From Tubiluchus corallicola (Eukaryota > Animalia > Priapulida), in the NCBI GenBank assembly GCA_030141605.1, contig JAQGDQ010000142.1:372001-436000 (forward strand): a DNA stretch of 64,000 nucleotides, written 5' to 3'. The notes beneath the pieces were generated by a model. That model made no database searches, was not told the origin of the DNA, and saw only the letters and a program-made list of their open reading frames with translations. How positions within the stretch are numbered: the first letter of the stretch is position 1; every line of letters starts with the position of its first letter. This document shows, one piece after another, positions 13,608 to 26,202 of the stretch. Position numbers and translations under genes: made by a program.

Positions 13608-16600
13608 ATGGCTGACCGAAACGCAAGAAACGAGGATAAAAATAATATTGACATTTTATCAATTGATCATGGTATTTATTTTGCGTTGTTTATTTGCATA
13701 GTTGTTCACCATTCCAGTTTAGCTATTTTGAGCTTTTGGAATTATTGATTGAAGAAGATTGGTTTAATTGTAGTTTCCTGGCATTCTTCGTTGACAGAGA
13801 ATGAATTGCGTACTTAGCTGCAATATTCCTGTAGGTTGTCCAGACTGAGAGCACTCTACATATTGGGTATTGAAAAGAAAAACGCTGTATTTTTTTAATA
13901 AAAAATTATCAAAGTTTTTCATGTATAAATTACTCTTTATATTGCAGTTAAAAGTCATGAAAATCAAAATGACGGTGAAGTAGCAGATGTAATTGATGTA
14001 CCAGCTGACTCAGTGGTAAGAACATTGTCCATTTGAATCTAGCAATCTATGAAAACAAACTTTTTTCATTTCAAGCTAGCGGCTTATAAAAAGTAATAGG
14101 TTTTGCCTAAGTAGAAAGATACAATCCAGACATAATGAATATATACCAAGACATAGAACAATTATGGCAAAACATTTCATTAGCTGTATGGGCCAGTCCA
14201 ATGGACCAGAGTAAGTAGCAAATCAAAATGCAGTCACCCTTTCAATTTTAAAAAACCCTTAGAAAAGAAATATTTCAAAAGTATTTAAAGTAACACAACT
14301 TGAGAATTATGATGACTTGCATTCTTCTGCTAGTATAATCTTAATAAAACGGGAATTTTGAGCCGTAATGTAATATAAGACGAACTATAAGCTTTCAAGG
14401 AGTGAATGACTGTATTGCAAGATGCCTAAATGAGGTGTACTGCATTTACTACTTATTTTAATTATAAGTTAAAAGCACAAATGCAAAAGCACAGTCCTAA
14501 CTTGTATGGGATTGGTGTGTGAATATTGTGCTTCATAGTTGAATATTTGAGCTATCAGTACTGGCAATCATTCTCTTGTGATCGCAATCAATTCTGACAG
14601 ATTGGCCGGAAGACAATTTGGATACAAGTCTGACCCATGTGTTCAAGCAGTGCATCTTTACATGCAAGATGTTGCGTGTATACATGCTGTAGGTGTGGCG
14701 GTGCCTACTGATAAATTTATCGAAGCAGATAACGATTTAAAATTACTTTGCTTAAAAAAGAAGGAAATATAACTTATTATTAATTTTGTATAATTAATTG
14801 AATAACTTGTAAGGTTGAAAAGTCTTAAGTTATATTGGGCCATAAGTCAACGATTGCCACTGTCATTTGCAGTAATCGTATTTGCTGCTTTAGGTTGTTG
14901 ATTTAAATCATGCAAGACTATCGAAGATAGAAAACCTAGATCATTTACACTGCGTTGAGGTGAGTAATGTATTAATGTCAAATCTTACCTTTAGATTTTT
15001 TTAAAGAATATTTCAAACTTGAGGCAGTGGATATCTCAAGAATCAAATTTATATGGAAGAGGTTTGGTATTAGTTTTGCACTGTGCAATTAGATTAAGCA
15101 TTGATAAGTACACTGTTTGGTGTAATTAGTTTGTGTGAATTATTAATCTGTGTGGAAAAATAGTCTCACACAGACTGATTTTAAAGTGCACTTTTTTGTT
15201 TTTTTTCCCCGTATTTAATTAGTCTGTATTTCGAAAATAGTCTGTGTTGCACTGTGCAGTGCAGGTTTTGAACACATGAGACAGAGGATTGTGCAAACTG
15301 GCATCTGACTGTGTACATGGAGTTAATATTCAGAGAGACAAACGCGGCATGATTTTTGCCAGGAGGGCAATGATACGCCCTGGTCTAGCGCTGGATGTGA
15401 ACTGCAAATGGAATACAACTCAACTGTACCCAGTGTTGCAGGAAATCGTAGCAAAATACTGAAAAGAGTTTAATAACAAATCGTTTGATGAAGAAACTTC
15501 TAGCTCCGAGTTTAAGTCCGCTGAAGAAGATTCTGGTTGAAAAACAAAACATTGTTACTGTCATTTGAATTTCATTAAAAATAAACTTCATATTGGAATG
15601 AAAAAAATTCTATAAAATTAGTCTGTGTGGAAAATTACTTTAACACAGACTAATTTTGATGTGGCACATTGAAAATTTGGTTTCAAAATTAGTCTTACAC
15701 AGACAGACTAATTTTGATAGTGCATGTTGAAAATTTAGTTTCAAAATTAGTCTTACACAGACTAATTACATTAAACAGTGTAGCTGTCATAATGGTGTTT
15801 GAAACTTTTCCAGGAAGTTTTGTATGTTTTTAAGTAAAATTTGATTATTTTAGAAAGTCTGCCAAATCTTGTACATGCTTATGCATATTTTGCCACATTT
15901 ACCTGAGTTTGAAACCACCTTTTGTTGTTTTAGCAAAAGTGAAGGCTAAAATGACCAGAAGACCAGAAAAAGGAGCCACTCAATTTCACATAAACTACAA
16001 TCCATTTTATTTTGCAGCAATTATGTCTTAGACAGAATACAATTAGTAAGATAGAAAACCTTGATTCGCTTACGACCCTGAAGGAGTTGGATCTTTACGA
16101 CAATCTCTTAACGGAGGTGGAAAATTTGGATAGACTAAATGAGTTGACGTATGTACTGTTCAATGCTTTAATTACCTTGATTCATATCTAAGCCTGTTTA
16201 ACTAACATGTTTGTGATGTAACAAGTAGTGCTTCCTCTAAGCTACGTGCAGAAAAATTTTGCTGTTGCGCAAAGAAAACATTTTTGCAGACTTAGTGCAG
16301 ATAAACATCAAAACAAAGTGTGAAGTAAGCAATTAGAAGTATTGAAGTTCATAAGGTAAAGACTGCATGAAAATCTCAAAACTGTTACTTAATAAACTAC
16401 ATGTGGATAAACTATTATTGGGTGGTTTATTAAGTTATCCGCAATTTTATTATTGCGCTGTGTAAGTGTAAACGTTTCTTAAACTTGCTATGTAAATTCT
16501 TACCTAACTGTCAAGGAAGAGCTATAGAAATAATTATAATATTCGGGTAACTAAGAGAATCACTTTTTTAGGCACTTGGACTTATCCTTTAACCGGATTT

Positions 16601-19600
16601 CGAGGATAGAAAATATCCACACGCTGGTCAAGTTGGAAAAGTTGTTCTTTATAAACAATCGCGTATCCGTCATGGAGAACTTATCTACATTAACCAGTCT
16701 CACTATGTTGGAGCTGGGAAGCAATCGAATACGAGTACGTATGAAGCCATTGAACATTACTAAGCTGCTAGGGTACAGTTTAACAATCATCAGAGCATAA
16801 GTAGCAATATGCTGCAATTTAGTCAGTTTCTTTTTGGCGCTCAGTCTGCAAGAACTTATTGTCATGCTATTATTCTTGTTCTTTTCCTTACATTTATGTG
16901 TCACTGACTGCTGTAAGGGATTAAGAAAAACAAACATGAGGGGAATTGAACTGCAAAGGTTTAAGACAGCTGTAAAATATGGATGAGCATTTAATGTGTT
17001 TACTTCCGAGCTATTTCAGCTTTCACCTTCTCAATAATATTAATATGTATGATATATATTTGGTGACTGCAGTTTGTACAGCGTGAATTGTTTGACATAT
17101 GATACATATAAATCTGCCACTAAAATTACTACCGGTCTAGCAGTAAACCTAATAGCATATTTATTTAACCTAGACATACTTGTTATCTAGTAACATATTT
17201 AGTTATAAGTTGCTGAAGTCGCTTGAAGTTACAATTGACCACAACATGTAGTTTGGTCGAAGCAAGGATGATGACGATGGTGATGATGATGATGATAATG
17301 AACATGGTCATAACTATGATAATGATGACTAACAATGACATTATAGTGACTAACTATGACAGAACTTTGATATTTAAGCAAGCAAATTTAAATCTTATAT
17401 GTAAGTTGGCAAAATGCCAAAGTTGACTGTGACACATTTTCAACTGTAAATGCTGTATTTAATTTTGATTGAGTTTGTCTCTGAATGCCCTGCTATGATA
17501 GCAGTGCCAAAAAGGATAATTCAGGAAAACATGACTGCTGTTAGATAAGTGCGATGGTTGGAATTTGAGATGTTGCCCATTTATTACTTTGCAGAAATTA
17601 CAGGGTTTAGATACCCTAGTAAACCTGAAACAGTTGTATGCTGGGAAGAACAAAATTACGGAGATACAGAATTTAGAAAAGCTGACGCATCTTCGAGTTC
17701 TCAGTTTACAGGTAAAACGATTTATTTCTTTTCGTTTTAATCTGTTTGACCTAGGGAAATAGTTGAGTTGTTATGGCATGTGGTTAGTAAGTGAAGTTAA
17801 GCAATGTCAAGCCTGGTCAATAAATGAATGTATGGGTTGCATAAGTGGCTTGGCTTCAGCTAGCAGCATTCTTGGTTTCCTTATTTCAATCTTCTGGCCA
17901 CAAACCTTGTCTAAGGTCACCCTTTTTCTGGGTGGTGAAGTAGATTTATCACCTGGAAAAGAGAATATTTGAGTGACCTTAGTTAACTGCTACTGAACCT
18001 TAACAATAACTCATAGACAATTCGTGATTAGGATGGCAATTTTATGCTGAAATAAAATGTGAATTGAATTTAAAAAGTTTCACTTATTCCTATTTTACAA
18101 TTTAGAGCAACAGAATTATAAAAATGAAAGGCTTGGAGACGTTGCGAGAATTAGAAGAACTGTATCTTAGTCACAATGGTATAGAAAAAGTAGAAGGATT
18201 AGAAAATAACGTAAGTAAAACAAATGTGGTGTTTCCAATTCTTGTGATTTTAATTTAAGTACACTTTGAAGCTGAATTACAATTATTCAATCTAACTATT
18301 GATATACAGGTATCAGCTTTGTGCATAACATTGTGCCTCTCCCTAGAATTTTGTGCAAATAAGCTTGGTATTTGAGACTCCAATGTATTTTTCAGTCTGG
18401 GAATTTTAAAAATACTTAGAATAGGTCCAGTTACTTTTGCTAATGATTCGGTTTTTAATTAGCTTAGCTAAATGTTAATAACACAACATTAGCCATCTTT
18501 GTAACGTTGCTATTGCTGCAATCCGGTCTTCAACTTCAAGGGTTACCACTGCTTCTTGTTAGTCACTAGATGTCACCGCATTCTGCATTCTGTCCTATTG
18601 CGAGCATTGTGCACAGCATTGGCGCCATTACATAATTTTCAACTGTTATCATCTAGTGTGGTTCATTTTTGAAAAATTTTGAGCACAATTGACTTGTTTT
18701 TTTTCTTTGTTTTAGTTAGAGCTGAAAACGTTGGATATAGCTTCTAACAGAGTGAGAACAATAGAAAATGTGAGCCATTTGATCAAATTAGAAGAATTCT
18801 GGGTAAGTTGTTTTATTGTAAAACATACAATATGCATTTTCTAAAGTGTCAAACGGTTTTTAACATGCAAAATATTAGCTGGTTTTTAACTGCCGGTCAT
18901 TAAAATCATTAGATTTCTCTTCCTACACGTTTTGTCCTCAAGGTTGAATATTCCAGTTTATTCAGTCTCTAAATTCCAGTCTTCCCCAATACTTCATATT
19001 AGGTCATTATTCTTTGTAGCGTGCTGATAAAATGGATAGTTATGCACAGACAGCTTAGAATGATCAATTCTGTTGTAGCTAAATTTATGCCACTTTAGCT
19101 GTTGCCAATCTTACACAGTTATTTTGCTAACATTAAACTTGTGTTATTGCTGCCTGTTTCGTGGGGGGATTGCTTTGATTGCCGCCCGCCTTGATCTTGT
19201 CTTGACTGCTGCTTGCCTTGACCACCGCTTGCCTTGACTGCTGCTTGCCTTGACCACCGCTTGCTTTGAATGCCACTTGCCTTGACTGCTGCTTGCCTTG
19301 ACCACTGCTTGCCTTGATTGCTGCTTGCCTTGACTGCTGTTTGCCGTGACCACTGCTTGCCTTGACTGCTGCTTGCCTTGACTGCTGTTTGCCGTGATCA
19401 CTGCTAGCCTTGACTGCTGCTTGCCATGATCACTGCTTGCCTTGACTGCTGCTTGCCATGATCACTGCTTGCCTTGACTGCTGCTTGTCCTGGTACTGAC
19501 TGCTACAGTAATTTAGATTACCATAACGGCCTTTGCGTACAACATAATTTAAAAGCGCAAAATAACTGGCCGAACAATATTTGCTATTACACTGGTTTCT

Positions 19601-20220
19601 GATTCATCTAGCTGGATTCTAGTAACTGATGTTTAATCTTGCTATGTCTTTCCATTTCGGTATGTATTGGTAACTAGTTCAAAATAATGGTAGTTTGGTT
19701 AGCACTATCACGAATGTGCTGTGCGCTCATTGAATAACTAAATTTCCTTGCTTCTTTACTTATTTCAAAGTACAGGTACAAGTACAGACCTTCTTTTTGA
19801 ACAGCGTGTAACAGTGCAGCATTGTAACAGATTGCTACAAAATGCGCTAGATTGTGTTTCTATCTACTAGACACACAAAATTCACTGGGAGGTTTGCATT
19901 TGTTCTGAATTTACCATGGAAACTCTGTAACACTTGCCTCTAGTTTTCCTTGCCAATTTTCATTTTAACAACAGGTTTTTTATTTCTTATACCTAAAAAA
20001 ATGTGTAGGCCTACTTCATCTACTACATGAGTTTCTATTTTTTTAGTTTAATCACAACGAGATTGAGAATTGGAATGACTTGGATCAATTGAAGAATGCC
20101 AAAGGTCTACAGACAATTTACCTGGAAGGAAATCCTCTACAGAAAGATCATATGTATCGTAAAAAGATTCAACTTGCCTTGCCTGGTGTTGTTCAAATTG
20201 ATGCCACCTATACTCATTGA
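13608..20220 (+). CDS. PPP1R7: Protein phosphatase 1 regulatory subunit 7 (Sds22), LRR protein, ~324 aa
   Basis: Exons 13608-13671, 13948-14015, 14894-14959, 16018-16148, 16572-16734, 17595-17711, 18106-18210, 18716-18802, 20047-20220, all GT-AG and phase-compatible. SDS22-type LRRs: VDLNHARLSKIENL, LCLRQNTISKIENL, LDLYDNLL, LDLSFNRI, LELGSNRIR, LYLSHNGIEKVEGLENN, LEEFWFNHN. C-terminal cap TIYLEGNPLQKDHMYRKKIQLALPGVVQIDATYTH*. The first two exons are less conserved, so the N-terminus is less certain. Confidence 0.93.
15111..15780. mobile_element. Non-autonomous TIR element with CACTG termini (CMC/EnSpm-like) in PPP1R7 intron 3
   Basis: Left CACTGTTTGGTGTAATTAGTTTGTGT and right ACACAGACTAATTACATTAAACAGTG are inverted repeats; TA on both flanks; subterminal ACACAGACTAAT repeats. 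Superfamily call is tentative. Confidence 0.75.
19160..19505. repeat. ~15-bp minisatellite (CTGCTTGCCTTGACTG / CTGCTTGCCTTGACCA variants) in PPP1R7 intron 8
   Basis: About 20 degenerate tandem units visible directly; accounts for the spurious ORF 19144-19401. Confidence 0.9.
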
Positions 20221-20366
20221 TACCACACACGTGTGTTAATGCCACCTACAGTCAAACCTCTGTGCCGCATACTACGGGACTGAAAAAAAGTTGGCAGTAA
20301 GCGAGTTTGGTATTACAAAGTTGGGGGGGGGGGGGGAGGGTGCTGTAACAAGATTTGACTGTACGT

Positions 20367-21010
20367 GTATTGATACTTCGTGTGTGTGGATGCCACGTGT
20401 ACACTTTGATGCAACATGTACACTTTGAGTGCCACTTATATGCATTGATGCCACATATGTGCATTGATGCCACATGTACACGTTGAGTGCCACTTACATG
20501 CATTGATGCCACATATGTGCATTGATGCCACATGTACATGTTGAGTGCCACTTACATGCATTGCTGCCACATATGTGCATTGACTGTCACTTATGTGCAT
20601 TGGTGCCACATATGTGCATTGACGCCACATGTACACTTTGAGTGCCACATATGCATTGATGCCACATGTACACGTTGAGTGCCACTTGCATGCATTGATG
20701 CCACATGTACACGTTGAGTGCCACTTACATGCATTGATGCCACATGTACACGTTGAGTGCCACTTACATGCATTGATGCCACATATGTGCATTGATGCCA
20801 CATGTACACGTTGAGTGCCACTTACATGCATTGCTGCCACATATGTGCGTTGACTGTCACTTATGTGCATTGGTGCCACATATGTGCATTGGTGCCACAT
20901 ATGTGCATTGATGCCACATGTACACTTTGAGTGCCACTTATGTGCATTGATGCCACATATGTGTGTTGAGTGCCACTTATGTGTATTGATGCCACATTTA
21001 CATGTTGACT
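20367..21010. repeat. 19/20-bp minisatellite with higher-order structure just downstream of the PPP1R7 stop (probable 3' UTR)
   Basis: Units GCATTGATGCCACATATGT, GCATTGATGCCACATGTAC and ACGTTGAGTGCCACTTACAT; homologous to the last codons of the gene (20197-20253). Confidence 0.92.
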
Positions 21011-24000
21011 GAACTGCACTGTATTTTAGAATCAAGCGACTAATTCAGTTTTCATTTGACTCTACAAATTTTTTGCCTTACCTAACTAACTGCAGCTTTT
21101 GATTTATAACTCCACGTCCATTTGATAAGGTGGGTCGACCATTGTGCTGATAAGTTTTTTTGGTCATAGTTGACAAATTGATGTCCCTCTGGATGTGATG
21201 ATAGATGGTAATGCATACCAATCATCAGACTTGTGCGGTGTAGTGCCACGCACATTTGCTGTATGTCTCAGGGCAAATTTTTCTACATGTAAGAAGCCTC
21301 TTGCACAATTCTCTGCACATCTTTAGAATAAAATTACTTGACTTTCAGTTTAGTAGCAAGAAAATTCAAAATGCAAAACTAGCTGTGAGATACAAAGATA
21401 ATTACATTTCCATGAACTTTTCTAGAAAGCTGTATCATACCTTCACTACCCTAAAATATTTTATGAACAGGCACTTGCTATTGCCTCAGAACAAATTATG
21501 TTCTGAAACTGATTCCTGTCAAGTCTTGTTTCTTATGAGCTCTAGTGTTTCTCTTCACTGTGGCTGCAATTTGTACATTCTCTTGCTGACTTTGTGAAAT
21601 AATTTTCTTTCTCAGTGACAAAGAGAAAAATTACTTTATAAAATTTGTAAAGTCTGCAAATAATTCTAAACTTCGTTTTCTTATTGTGTTTTGCTGCTTG
21701 GAGTTAGTAATACTGTGTGTTTTTATATAACTGCTGTATAGATGTTTTTCTACAGTTCTGTATCTGCAACCTGGAACTTGTTCCATTATCAAGACTAATT
21801 CTCTAAATAGAGGCACTGAACCAGCCAAGGTGTCTCAGCCACATTCAGATGTGAATCCTCCACCCTCAATGATCTAAGCAACAAAATCAGTATGGCAAAT
21901 GAAAACAAGTGCATACCGAACCTGGCAGTCACTCATTTATTCGTACATCAGTCTTGGTGTTGCTTAACTTTGGTTTGTTATGAGACGTCATTTTTTGGCT
22001 TTGGTATTGTGCATTTTGCACTTGTCAACTCAACAATCACTACTGCATGGTGAAGCATAATATAGAATTGTATCTCTCAAGTTTTCACATGAGACTTGTA
22101 AATCATTGATTACGTGTAGAGAGAGATATAGTGATAATCTGGCAGTTTTAGATGCAGAACTGACATTTCTTAGGATTTTTTTGTAGCAATGCAATTGTTG
22201 TCTGTTGTTGTTTGATTATGTAAACATGTAAATAAACTTTGATGTCATTGTGACACTTTCTTATTTAAGCTGCTGTTTGTCAGCAAAATTCTTGTGCCAT
22301 CATGTAAAAATTAAGCATGTCCAGTATTTTAAAGTAATAAAACAAAGTCTCAAAGTTAAGTTAATCAGTTGTGCAGTTTTTTACTGACAGGCTTTTGCTA
22401 CAAGTAAGACTTTATTCGGATCTGTAAAAAAACAGGACAAATGCATTTATTACAGTTGTTACTAAAGTTTGAACAGTCTAAACATGTAAAATTAGAATAA
22501 AAATTATGCAAACTTACACTTTGTGACATCTATTATTTCACGAATGAGCACTGCGTTTTGTTATAATATCATTAACATCTAACATGAAAGTAACAGCAAA
22601 ATTAGTTCTTCGCTTGTGGTCGCTTGTAAAAAAGTGTGTTAAAATGCGTGCAAAAGACTGCCGCCAGAACGGTTTGAAGCCAGGTATGTGCATCGAAATG
22701 CTGGTTAGTCGATTGATTTGTTTGTCAACATTTTTTGTGATAAAAACAGTAACAATGAAACTGTTACAAATAATGTACAAAATATGCATGCGATCTTTTT
22801 TTATTCTAACCCACAAACTGCTTTGTTTTTCTTTTATGAACAGTTTTTTACTGTTTTGTGAAAAATATCTCGCAGTCATTTGTGCAACTAACGAGTCGTA
22901 GCACACCACAAGCTATTACTGGCCTTCTAAGGTATAAATACCCACTTTTCCTGTACTGTTTGTCATTTTTTGAAGTGTAGCAAACAAGTTTCTGGCTTTC
23001 CATGAAAAATCTTTTTCAGCTTCACGTGCTGTAGCAGGTGTGTTCTATAAATAGCTCTTGGATGCTTAGTGCTTACTATCCCTTATTAATTACTTTACTT
23101 ATTAATACTAATTTTGGATGCTGGTGAACGTTTGCCTAGGTTAGTGGATTCTTGAAACTTCTCCTCGTTGATTTTCACCGGTTATAAAAACAATTTAAAT
23201 TACATGCAGCACTTAGTTAATAATAAATTTTGCAGAAACCCAATGGTCACGGTCATTATAGATCATTGATATATTTCTCGAATTATTTTGCTTTTAAGTT
23301 ACGTTAGATGGGACGTATTACATTGTTTACATCATTAGATAAAGGGTTGACAATTGATTCAAGCAAAAATGTGAGCAAGTTGCCGTCTATACAATAATTT
23401 GAGCCTTCATACTGTAAAAAAGAGACTATACTATCATTGATAATTATATATAATTTTAAGGTGAAACAAAAAATGAAAGGTTGAATGAACTATGCACTAA
23501 AACATTTCAAACATTACTGCTTATCTTTGGGAAATAAATGAATCTTGATTTCATTGTAGTCTGAAGCATAATGGTCAAAAAAGCAGTAATGTCAAAAACG
23601 AATGCTCGTGACGACGACGATGTCTGCACGTAAATTAGCGACATTTTACTGTATCTTAACAAATTTAATTTTACATTTATTAATACCATTTTTGGTGTTA
23701 TAGTTACTAATTAAGTGCATATTAATAATAATTTGCTACAATCATGCAATAATTTTGGATTTTTGGCGACAATGCGATAATTTTTAACCGCCCAATATGA
23801 TAAAAAGGGCAACCCCGAATGGCTTATAGAAGCCCACAGAAGGACATCATCCGAAACACAGCTTTATGAAAGTTTGTGCTTTACAAATACGTTTGAGCAA
23901 AACTTGGCTTTTAGAGCAGCTGGTTTTGAAAAAGGGCTGTAACTTCGCTTGTGGAGCAGCTAAGAAGCTGAACTGTGGCACAAGAATGCTTTTGTATAGG

Positions 24001-25266
24001 TACTTCATATCTCAAAGCCGATGCAAATCGGGGCAGAAAAAACATAAGAGAGCATGGTTTTTTGTTTACAGGTCAAAATGATGTCTGGTGCAATAATGGT
24101 TATCATTGCTGTGCATCATTCATTAGGAAAAGAAACTTAAATTTGCTGTCAGAAAAAAAACTAAAACACTATTTGCAAAATACCAAAAAACAGTAACTTT
24201 ATTAATTAATTATTTAATTTTATTCACAATGGTAACAAGAGCTGTCATTCAGTTTAAATACTCGCCTTTTAGACTAGTCCCAAGCAATTCTTTAAAATAA
24301 GCAATTAGCATTTGTTTAAATTAAAATTAGCATCAACAGTCACGATGTAACAAGTGTAAAGGAGAACAGGATGATCGAAGCATGCCTCTTTTTGACTGAG
24401 ATAAAATATGCCTTTCATTACCTAAGTTTATAATTAAATGCCCGGAAATGCAGGTGTGATGTCATTATTGGGCAAAATTTTCTAACGGCGGAAACCTTAA
24501 CTGATCGTTTTGCAAAAATATAAAACAAAAACAAAAATGTGATGCTGCTCTGTCACGATGACAATGAAATACAAAAAATTCTGCAAATTTTAAGTACAAA
24601 ATTTTAAATTTGAAGTTTATCACTAAGCTAACGCGTGATTTCATGAGGCTGCCCTGACGTGATGACTGGTTGTATTCTCTGGTACAGCACCTATTTTTTG
24701 CACAACGCGTTTCACCAAAACAAGTGCTGTTGCCCATCTAAATATTTGTACAACAATGAAGACATTGCTGAAACTTCGCTTATGACACATATTGTTAAAA
24801 AACAATATTTTACCTCTCAATATTTTGACGGCAGAAGATTTTGGGCTGTAGTCTAAAACTTTGTTCTGTTTTCCTTTAATTGGGTTGTAATTAAAGCAGA
24901 AAAAAGTACAGTAAAGCAAAGTGTATATTGTTCCAAGAACATAATGTCTGTGCAATGAATGATATAAGTTGTACAATAAATGGTATAAGGATTTCCTAGG
25001 ACTGCATACTGGCAAAGACACTGTATATATACAAGTTTTCTACTGTCATTTGCTGTGCACCTTAAACATTAGGGGAAAAATCCTGAATATAAAGGGGAAA
25101 CATCTTGAATATAATTATGATAATCAACTGTTTATAACAATGATGAGAGAGAAAATTTTATTTTGGAAAATCATCACCAGGGGCACAGTGATACAATCTT
25201 AAGGATAAATTCCTCTTTTCCACAGAAACTTCATTTACAGAAGCATGCACTTTTGTTAAGAAAATA

Positions 25267-25775
25267 TGGGGAGAGTCAAAAGTTATGACCAAATTTTGGG
25301 TATTTATCAAGCCATATCTGCTGGAGACTATGAACACATGAAACATCCCAACTATTATGGGAATTCTCAGACTTTGTTATAGTTACCACAATTTGAAACT
25401 GGATAGTAATAGGAATACAAATATAAAGAAAGTAAATTTACTGTTGAAAAAAAAAATTTCTGTCATTTTTTGAACTTGTAACTTGAACTTAAAGTTTTTA
25501 AGAGTAATTGATAAAAAGTTGTTAGAATCGATCAACATTTGTATAAAAAAATGCTTACATTTGTGCCAAAATTTCTTTTGTGAAAAAATTAATGCTCTAA
25601 TTGTTAATCAGGATAAGATTATATTATAAAAAAAGAAAGTAAGTCAACAAATTGTTATTATATGTTTGTAAAAAAGACTAAGCTTCGAGTTGTGTGTCAA
25701 AATTACCTCTAAAAAACTTATCACATGCTTCAGAATAGCAGAATGAAAATGAGTCATAACTTTTGACTTGCCCTG
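25267..25775. mobile_element. Tc1/mariner-like MITE
   Basis: Left TGGGGAGAGTCAAAAGTTATGAC versus reverse complement of right end CAGGGCAAGTCAAAAGTTATGAC; TA on both flanks. Confidence 0.7.
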
Positions 25776-26202
25776 TACATTACAAGTTTGCTTTAGAAGA
25801 ATTCATTACTTACTAAGTGTGGTAAGTTGGCTAGAGACAATGAACTACAATCAGAGTCGTGGTTCAAGGCCAGAATAGTAATCTTCCTTTTCTAAATCAA
25901 TCTAATGACTACTATTCTCCTAGGCAGTAATGGCATTAAAATTAGATAGTCAGACTTGCATGAAGCTCAACTATTTCACCAATTCTATGCAGAGCCTCTA
26001 GGAAATAAGCAAAGGTATAATTAGTGGGGCTGCATAAAAACTGCAGATTTTCATTTTAAACAACAAATGCATACAGAGGAATAATATTACGTTGCTAAAC
26101 AGATGAATATGTACAAGCTAAAAAACTAATTCATAAAAACTCCTCACAGAATAATGAAGTAATAAATAACAGCAAGCTCGGTTCGTCTTGCCAAATTTTG
26201 TG

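Noticed and set aside
20252-21035. Cys/His-rich ORFs (e.g. 20436-21035, CGINACKWHSTCT repeats) resembling a metal-binding protein
   Set aside because: They are translations of the 19/20-bp minisatellite; several frames are open on both strands and there is no gene structure.
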